Origin: Macrostomum lignano
Taxonomy: Eukaryota
Direction of reading: 5' to 3'
Length of the DNA stretch: 64,000 nucleotides
NCBI GenBank assembly: GCA_002269645.1
Contig: NIVC01003114.1
Location: 1-64,000, forward strand
The position numbers and the translations under genes are program-made. Position 1 is the first letter of the stretch. Each line of letters starts with the position of its first letter. Positions 55,035 through 64,000 of this stretch are shown here, piece by piece. Below the pieces are notes generated by a model that had not been told where the DNA came from, did no database searches, and was given only the letters and a program-made list of their open reading frames with translations.

Positions 55035-55099
55035 CTTTTAAAATTGGTCATTGCTCGCTGATTATTATCCTATTGTTGTTTATACCCTGTCTGTGGTTT

Positions 55100-56030
55100 C
55101 CCCGTATCATATGGCTTGTCTTTATACTGTCTATGATTGATCATTGATCTGGCTATGATTGGTTATTCTCTTGTCTATGATTGGTCATTATCCTGTCTAT
55201 GATTGGTCATTATCCTGTCTATGATTGGTCATTATTCTGTCTATGATTAGTCATTATCCTGTCTATGATTGGTCATTATCCTGTCTATGATTGGTCATTA
55301 TCATGTCTATGATTGGTAATTGTTCTGTCTATGATTAGTCATTCTCTTGTCTATGATTTGTCATTATCCTGGCTATGATTGGTCATTCTCTTGTCTATGA
55401 TGGGTCATTATCCTGTCTATGATTGGTCATTATCCTGTCTATGATTGGTCATTGTTCTTTCTATGATTGGTCATTATCCTGTCTATGATTGGTCATTATC
55501 CTGTCTATGATTGGTCATTGTTCTTTCTATGATTGGTCATTATCCTGTCTATGATTGGTCATTATCCTGTCTATGATTGGTCATTATCCTGTCTATGATT
55601 GGTCATTATCCTGTCTATGATTAGTCATTATCCTGTCTATGATTGGTCATTATCCTGTCTATGATTGGTCATTATCCTGTCTATGATTGGTAATTCTCTT
55701 GTCTATGATTGTTCATTGATCTGGCCATGATTGGTCATCTCTTGTCTATGATTGGTCATTGATTTGGCTATGATTGGTCATCTCTTGTCTATGATTGGTC
55801 ATTATTCTGTCTATGATTGGTCATTATCCTGTCTATGATTGGTCATTATCCTGTCTACGATAGGTCATTCTCTTGTTTATGATTGGTCATTATCCTGTCT
55901 ATGATTGGTAATTCTCTTGTCTTTGATTGGTCATTGATCTGGCTATGATTGGTCATCTCTTGTCTATGATTGGTCATTAACCTATGACTGGTCATTATTC
56001 TGTTCTACAGTTTGGTCATTATTCTTTTTT
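55100..56030. repeat. 22-bp TTATCCTGTCTATGATTGGTCA array
   Basis: Direct reading. Confidence 0.9.
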
Positions 56031-56302
56031 ATTTTGATCAACTAGATGCAATGATAAATATCACTTATTTTGCATGAAGTACGTTAATATACTTTACTGA
56101 ACGATTAGACAAATCCTTGTGTATTTACAAACATCAGTTTTAGAAAGTGTAGAGCATTTGCCTGATGCCTGATGATGCCTGAGGTATGATTATTTAAATA
56201 GCAGAAATGTTTTCATTACAAAAAAACTCAATATAAATGTTAGTTGAGCCCTTCAAAAAACAACGATTGGTACTTTAGTTTATGTAACTCAGTAGGCACT
56301 AT

Positions 56303-56378
<76 letters not shown>

Positions 56379-56621
56379 GTCAGTCAGTCAGTCAGACAGA
56401 CAGACAGACAGACAGTCAGTCAGTCAGTCAGACAGACAGACAGACAGACAGGCAGGCAGACAGACAGACACACAGACAGACAGACAGACAGACAGACAGT
56501 CAGTCAGTCAGTCAGACAGACAGACAGACAGACAGTCAGTCAGTCAGTCAGACAGACAGACAGACAGACAGGCAGGCAGACAGACAGACACACAGACAGA
56601 CAGACAGACAGACAGACGCTA

Positions 56622-56670
<49 letters not shown>

Positions 56671-56709
56671 GTCAGTCAGACAGACAGACAGACAGACAGT
56701 CAGTCAGTC

Positions 56710-56750
<41 letters not shown>

Positions 56751-56767
56751 GGCAGGCAGACAGACAC

Positions 56768-56818
<51 letters not shown>

Positions 56819-56821
56819 GGC

Positions 56822-56882
<61 letters not shown>

Positions 56883-56912
56883 GGCAGACAGACAGACAGA
56901 CAGACAGGCAGC

Positions 56913-59900
56913 TCAGCAAGCCAAGCCGGCAGTCAGTCCCAGCACAGCGCAGCCAGAGCTCAGAACTCGGCCAGCCGCAGCAGCCAGAAGGCGCCGGCCG
57001 CACAGCCAGTCGCCATGGGTCAGCTGAACGAGCCCGGACAGGTAAGCCACCAGGTGGGCGGGCTCATAGGTGAGGTAGGCCAGCCCGGCAGCGGTGGGAA
57101 ACTCAGCCAAGTAGCTGGCCAACGCTGACTCATTGCTGGGCTCCCAGCTGCCGGGCTGGGTGCCAGCCGCCGACTCGAACTCCATCAGTCGGTCGCGAGC
57201 CTGTCGCAGCATCGCAGCGGTCAGCGCTCCGCCACCAGCCGCAGAGCTCCGCAGCTGCACAGCGAGGCTCCTGGACTCGGCCAGCAGTTGCAGCAGCAGA
57301 TTGTCGCGACTTTCGCTGCAAAATTCCGACAGAAGATCTTCTAACCCGCTGGGCGTTCCTGTTGCCATAGCAACCGGCCCGACGCTGACGTGCATCGGCC
57401 AAGGCGACGGATTAGCGAGCTCTCGATAGCCCAGATGGCTCAGGCCCGCTGCCAGATCGGCGAATCGCTCGGCCTCATCGCTGCCGGCCACCCAGTGCAG
57501 GCGGCCGCAGCCGGACCGCTCGGCGCGGGCCAGGGCTGCCAGCAGGTCGCCAAGCCGCCTGCTGCACCAGGACTCGCTGCCTGCCAGGCGGAGCCGGCTC
57601 AGGGTCTGCGGAGTGCGGTCGGTTCGATTCAGTGGCATCAGATGCGTGCAGTTTAACACTCTGGCCGCCAATCCGCCCCCCAAACCTCCATTCCGCCCCT
57701 TCATTTCACCATTCCGCCCCTTTATCTCATCATTCCGCGACTTTATATCTCCATTCCGCCCTTAAAACCCTCCATTTCGCCCCTAAAACAATCCGCTCCG
57801 CCCTTATACCCCTCATTCCGCCCCTGACAACCTCCATTCTGCCCCTGAAACCCTCCATTCCGCCCTTAAAACCCTCCATTCCGCCCCTGAAACCCTCCAT
57901 TCCGCCCCCGAAACCCTCCATTCCGCCCTGAAAACAATCCGCTCCGCCCTTAAACCCCTAATTCCGCCCCTGACAACCTCCATTCCGCCCCTAAAACCCT
58001 CCATTCCGCCCTTAAAACCCTCCATTCCGCCACTAAAACCCTCCATTCCGCCACTAAAACCCTCCATTCCGCCCCTGAAACCCTCCATTCCGCCCTTAAA
58101 ACCCTCCATTCCGCCCCTGAAACCCTCCATTCCACCCTTAAAACCCTCCATTTCGCCCCTAAAACAATCCGCTCCGCCCTTTTACCCCTCATTCCGCCCC
58201 TGACAACCTCCATTCTGCCCCTGAAACCCTCCATTCCGCCCTTAAAACCCTCCATTCCGCCCCTGAAACCCTCCATTCCGCCCCCGAAACCCTCCATTCC
58301 GCCCTGAAAACAATCCGCTCCGCCCTTAAACCCCTAATTCCGCCCCTGACAACCTCCATTCCGCCCCTAAAACCCTCCATTCCGCCCTTAAAACCCTCCA
58401 TTCCGCCACTAAAACCCTCCATTCCGCCACTAAAACCCTCCATTCCGCCCCTGAAACCCTCCATTCCGCCCTTAAAACCCTCCATTCCGCCCCTGAAACC
58501 CTCCATTCCACCCTTAAAACCCTCCATTCCGCCACTAAAACCCTCCATTCCGCCACTAAAACCCTCCATTCCGCCCCTGAAACCCTCCATTCCGCCCTTA
58601 AAACCCTCCATTCCGCCCCTGAAACCCTCCATTCCACCCTTAAAAACCCTCCATTCCGCCACTAAAACCCTCCATTCCGCCCCTGAAACCCTCCATTCCA
58701 CCCTTAAAACCCTCCATTCCGCCACTAAAACCCTCCATTCCGCCCTTAAAACCCTCCATTCCGCCCCTGAAACCCTCCATTCCACCCTTAAAACCCTCCA
58801 TTCCGCCACTAAAACCCTCCATTCCGCCACTAAAACCCTCCATTCCGCCACTAAAACCCTCCATTCCGCCACTAAAACCCTCCATTCCGCCACTAAAACC
58901 CTCCATTCCGCCACTAAAACCCTCCATTCCGCCACTAAAACCCTCCATTCCGCCACTAAAACCCTCCATTCCGCCACTAAAACCCTCCATTCCGCCACTA
59001 AAACCCTCCATTCCGCCACTAAAACCCTCCATTCCGTCACTAAAACCCTCCATTCCGCCACTAAAACCCTTCATTCCGCACTTAAAACAATTCATTCCGC
59101 CCTGAAAACAATCCGCTCCGCCTCCAGACCCCTCCATTCCGCCCCCAAAACCCTCCATTCCGTCCCCAAAACCCTCCATTCCGCCCCTCGCGCACCTGAG
59201 CCAGCCGGTGCGACTCCCTAGCATAGCAGTCCTCGCTCTCCACGCGGCACTGCCGCAGCCCCAGCCGGTCAACATCGGCCATCAGTCGCGATTTCCGACA
59301 ATCCCCTGCATCGTCCCAATTCAAGCCGCTCGGATTCGAACCATCGACTTTGCCCGCCGGCACGGAAGCGACCAAGTCGTCAACCCGATGACCGAACGCT
59401 CTGTTGATTTGCAGCACAAAATTTGCTACCAATGCGACTCGTACGCCTTGGGGGGTCAGGCGACCACCCCGTGGACACGGCCAGGTGATCAGCACGGACT
59501 GGCGGGGACACGGCTGGACGCCCGGCGGCAGCGACTCGAACCCGAAAGCGGGCGCCTCGGCGCTCAACACTCGGGACAGCAGCTGCCGTTGGCGACGCTG
59601 CTCGAAGCCGCCTCGAAGGCGAGGAAAACTGAAGGCAGCCGCAGGCGGCGGCGGATGGCCGGCTCGGCTCTGCCGGCTCGACAGTCTGAAATGCCGGGCA
59701 CGGTTTGGGGCGGGGAAGTGGACTAACTGTCTCATTGTATCTAAACCCCATCTAACCCTGCCTCATCCTATCTCACCCTGCCTCATCCTATCTCAGCGTC
59801 TCATCCTATCTCACCCTGCCTCATCCCATTTTACCCTGTCTAATCCTATCTCACCCTGTCTAATCCTATCTCACCCTGCCTCATCCTATCTCACCCTGTC

Positions 59901-62900
59901 TAATCCTATCTCACCCTGCCTCATCCTATCTCACCCTGTCTAATCCTATCTCACCCTGTCTAATCCTATCTCACCCTGCTTAATCCTATCTCACCCTGTC
60001 TAATCCTATCTCACCCTGTCTAATCCTATCTCACCCTGTCTAATCCTATCTCACCCTGTCTAATCCTATCTCACCCTGCCTCATCCTATCTCCTCCTGCT
60101 TCATCTTATCTCCCCTGCTTCATCCTATCTCACCCTGACTCATCCCCTCACTCTGACTCATTCCATCTCACCATGACTCATCCTATCTCACTCTGACTCA
60201 TCCTATCTCACCCTAACTTATCCTGTTCGATCCTATCTAAAGTTTATCTCAATTTGTCTTACGCTCGTGCCTGTCCTACAGCCTCGTTGAATCCAGACCT
60301 TTGTCTCACTATTACTATCTCAATCCAGTCTTACATTATCTTACATACATGTAAGTAAAACACAAAAGTCCCATATCGCAGGAATAAAAGGCTTTCTTTC
60401 CTAGCTATAAGCGCTCACCTCTGGTAGAAGCGGTCACTCCACGAGTAGCTCATTCGGTTTCAACCAATCAATCAATAAATCAGTCAGTCAATCAGTCAAT
60501 ACTAAGCCAAAACTTGAACTCTTTAAAAAGTCCACACAGAAGTCAGCTGACGCGGTGGCCGGGGGTGCTCACAAGCGCACTAATTTTGCACAATGCTTTT
60601 ATAGTGTACTCGAAATTTTATAATGCCGATCTCACTGGACCCTGCGGGCTTGTTCTCTAGTTGGAGTTCTTAATAAAAAGGCCTGTTTAAAAGAAAAGTG
60701 GAGGTGGAGGGCCTGAGCGCAGTTCTAGACATTTCCAAAACGAGAAAAGAGAGAGAGAGAGAGAGACGAAGAGAAACAAGAGGCATGGATTTCTGGAATA
60801 AAGAGTCTGGACTGAGTGAATTTCACAGACACTACTCATACGAAGTTATGTAACTAATCTTTAATCCATCCGACTTCATATCTTTGAGAGAAGTCTTGAG
60901 AACTGCTGAGCTCACTATGACTCAAAAATTGAAAAACAAAAAGTAACAAGTGAGAATTCTCAAAGATGTGAACCGTTGTGAGCTGTTGTAAAGTTTTGAG
61001 TCTGTGAAGATTTGAGTTTGTGAAGATTTGAGTCTGTGAAGATTAGAGTCTGTGAAGGTTCGAGTCTGTGAAGTTTCAAGTCTGTGAAGATTTGAGTCTG
61101 AAGATTTGAGTCTGTGAAGATTTGAGTCTGAAGGTTTAAGTCTGTGAAGATTTGAGTTGTGAAGATTTGAGTCTGTTAAGATTTGAGTCTGTGAAGATTT
61201 GAGTCTGTTAAGATTCGAATCTGTGAAGATTTGAGTCTGTGAAGGTTCGAGTCTGTGAAGATTTGAGTCTGTTAAGATTCGAATCTGTGAAGGTTCGAGT
61301 CTGTGAAGGTTCGAGTCTGTGAAGTTTCAAGTCTGTGAAGGTTCGAGTCTGTGAAGGTTCGAGTCTGTGAAGTTTCAAGTCTGTGAAGGTTCGAGTCTGT
61401 GAAGGTTCGAGTCTGTGAAGTTTCAAGTCTGTGAAGATTTGAATCTGTGAAGGTTCGAGTCTGTGAAGATTCGAGTTGTGAAGATTCGAGTTTGTGAAGG
61501 TTTCGAGATGGTGCAAGCAGCTCTCTCCTCCACATTCAGTGCAAAGCAAGGAGTTATTTTCCTATCCAGACAGTCATTTTCATAATCACAAACTCCTTGG
61601 CGAAACAGCACAGAAAAAATCAACAATAGACAGAGCAGCTCTCAAAAGTGCACCCGAATTTGCACACGGCGCCTGAGGGTCTTAAGCTGCCTAAGTCTTT
61701 TGAACGAGAGAGAAAAAATGCAGACTCAAACTGATGAAACAACTCTCTATTAAACCGTGTTGCAGTTTTGTTTATTTTACATGAACTGGTTATGCAGATG
61801 ACCAGAAACTGAGCTGGGTAAAAAACAGCTAATAGCAATACTGACAAATAAATATGCTAAAATATACGTTTGATAATTAATTTTGTTATTTTGTAACAAC
61901 TTGGCAAATTAGTGAAACTTTATATTAGTAACAGGTTAAATTTATTGCAGGAAAAAATGGTATGGTCGAATTTTAAAACTGTTCCATTGTGATCAGCTAA
62001 TAACATATGATTGGGTGCGATCTGCGAATGCAAAACAGAGATATGCTGCAGTGAATCTACCAGTGAACTTTCAAATCTACCAGTGAACTTTCAAATCTAC
62101 CAGTGAACTTTCACATCTACCAGTGAACTTTCAAATCTACCAGTGAACTTTCAAATATACCAGTGAACTTCCACATCTACCAGTGAACTTTCAAATCTAC
62201 CAGTGAACTTTCAAATCTACCAGTGAACTTTCAAATCTACCAGTGAACTTTCAAATATACCAGTGAACTTCCACATCTACCAGTGAACTTCTAAATCTCC
62301 TAGTGAACTTCTAAATCTACCAGCGAACTTCTAAATCTCCTAGTGAACTTCTAAATCTCCTAGTGAACTTCTAAATCTACCAGCGAACTTCCAAATTTAT
62401 CAATGAACTTCCAAATCTACCAGTGAACTTTCAAATCTACCAGTGAACTTTCAAATCTACCAGTGAACTTTCAAATCTACCAGTGAACTTCCAAATCTAC
62501 CACTGAGCTTCCAAATCTACTACTGAGCTTCCAAATCTACTACTGAGCTTCCAAATCTACAACTGAGCTTCCAAATCTACTACTGAGCTTCCAAATCTAC
62601 CACTGAGCTTCCAAATATACCACTGAGCTTCCAAATCTACAACTGAGCTTCCAAATCTACTACTGAGCTTCCAAATCTACAACTGAGCTTCCAAATCTAC
62701 AACTGAGCTTCCAAATCTACTACTGAGCTTCCAAATCTACAACTGAGCTTCCAAATCTACTACTGAGCTTCCAAATCTACAACTGAGCTTCCAAATCTAC
62801 AACTGAGCTTCCAAATCTACTACTGAGCTTCCAAATCTACAACTGAGCTTCCAAATCTACAACTGAGCTTCCAAATCTACTACTGAGCTTCCAAATCTAC

Positions 62901-64000
62901 AACTGAGCTTCCAAATCTACAACTGAGCTTCCAAATCTACCACTGAGCTTCCAAATCTACCACTGAGCTTCCAAATCTACTACTGAGCTTCCAAATCTAC
63001 AACTGAGCTTCCAAATCTACTACTGAGCTTCCAAATCTACCACTGAGCTTCCAAATCTACAACTGAGCTTCCAAATCTACCACTGAGCTTCCAAATCTAC
63101 AACTGAGCTTCCAAATATACCACTGAGCTTCCAAATCTACAACTGAGCTTCCAAATCTACAACTGAGCTTCCAAATCTACAACTGAGCTTCCAAATCTAC
63201 CACTGAGCTTCCAAATCTACAACTGAGCTTCCAAATCTAGTACTGAGCTTCCAAATATACCACTGAGCTTCCAAATCTACAACTGAGCTTCCAAATCTAC
63301 CACTGAGCTTCCAAATATACCACTGAGCTTCCAAATCTACAACTGAGCTTCCAAATGTACCACTGAGCTTCCAAATCTACCACTGAGCTTCCAAATCTAC
63401 CACTGAGCTTCCAAATCTACTACTGAGCTTCCAAATCTACTACTGAGCTTCCAAATCTACAACTGAGCTTCCAAATCTACCACTGAGCTTCCAAATCTAC
63501 TACTGAGCTTCCAAATCTACCACTGAGCTTCCAAATATACCACTGAGCTTCCAAATCTACAACTGAGCTTCCAAATCTACCACTGAGCTTCCAAATCTAC
63601 CACTGAGCTTCCAAATCTACAACTGAGCTTCCAAATCTACCACTGAGCTTCCAAATCTACCACTGAGCTTCCAAATCTACAACTGAGCTTCCAAATCTAG
63701 TACTGAGCTTCCAAATATACCACTGAGCTTCCAAATCTACAACTGAGCTTCCAAATCTACCACTGAGCTTCCAAATCTACAACTGAGCTTCCAAATCTAC
63801 CATTCTTAAGCACTCAGCTGCAGCTGGCCCTCCCTGTCCAACTGCTCAACAAGCTGCTCCAAAGCTTCCAGCACGCAGTCTGGCAGGTGATCTCTCAGCA
63901 TGGAGGGCGACACTAACAATTCGTCGAAATCGTCTCGATCAGCCCAGACCGCGCGCCACAACAACGGCGCCGATTTAGTAGGCCGCGCCGGCCTCACCAA
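56913..64000 (-). CDS. DALRD3: DALR anticodon-binding-domain protein (DALRD3-like inactive ArgRS paralog); 5' structure uncertain
   Basis: Firm exons 57605-56913 and 59628(or 59722)-59196. The upstream exon is either 63814-64000+ (joining at 59722) or microexon 60453-60419 (joining at 59628). VRVALVANFVLQINRAFG, LHWVAG, HVSVGPV and DALR-type EFP...EPAHLVAYL...RVLSSGCAVLGL; no HIGH motif. Confidence 0.65.
57670..59190. repeat. 21-bp CCATTCCGCCACTAAAACCCT array with higher-order duplication
   Basis: Intron of the DALRD3-like gene. Confidence 0.92.
59740..60230. repeat. 20-bp CTATCTCACCCTGTCTAATC array
   Basis: Direct reading. Confidence 0.88.
60990..61500. repeat. 16-bp GAGTCTGTGAAGATTT array
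   Basis: Direct reading. Confidence 0.88.
62050..63802. repeat. 20-bp array grading from GAACTTTCAAATCTACCAGT to GAGCTTCCAAATCTACCACT
   Basis: ~85 copies. Confidence 0.95.

Noticed and set aside
56908-57040. Plus-strand exon (CAG...CAG/GTAAGC)
   Set aside because: Overlaps the well-supported minus-strand DALR exon and has no partner exons
57361-57374. X-box-like GTTGCCATAGCAAC
   Set aside because: Lies inside a coding exon (codons V-A-M-A-T on -), far from any evident TSS

Overview
Intron-rich eukaryotic (metazoan) genomic DNA with GC-rich exons and a tandem repeat or TE in almost every large intron. The composition and gene set suggest a free-living flatworm such as Macrostomum (inference, not verified). 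I hand-assembled GT-AG, frame-consistent models for ten genes: two universal-stress-protein (USP) paralogs, FKBP8, a short cadherin-related membrane protein, a CCDC154/FAM81-like coiled-coil protein with two RFX X-boxes upstream, a TRPM channel, MNAT1, MRPS16, a MYND-finger protein, and a DALRD3-like inactive arginyl-tRNA-synthetase paralog. Mobile DNA includes a doubly frameshifted Chapaev/Transib/RAG1-related transposase with a candidate RSS-like right end, a mariner remnant, tRNA-head/Meta-type SINEs, and a dispersed repeat with a covarying hairpin. About 40 tandem arrays fall into motif-sharing families. Several are built from 5' splice-site-like sequence and one is built from a SINE head. 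Most long ORFs in the track are artefacts of these arrays. Repeat coordinates and copy numbers are approximate, and all family assignments come from remembered motifs, not database searches.
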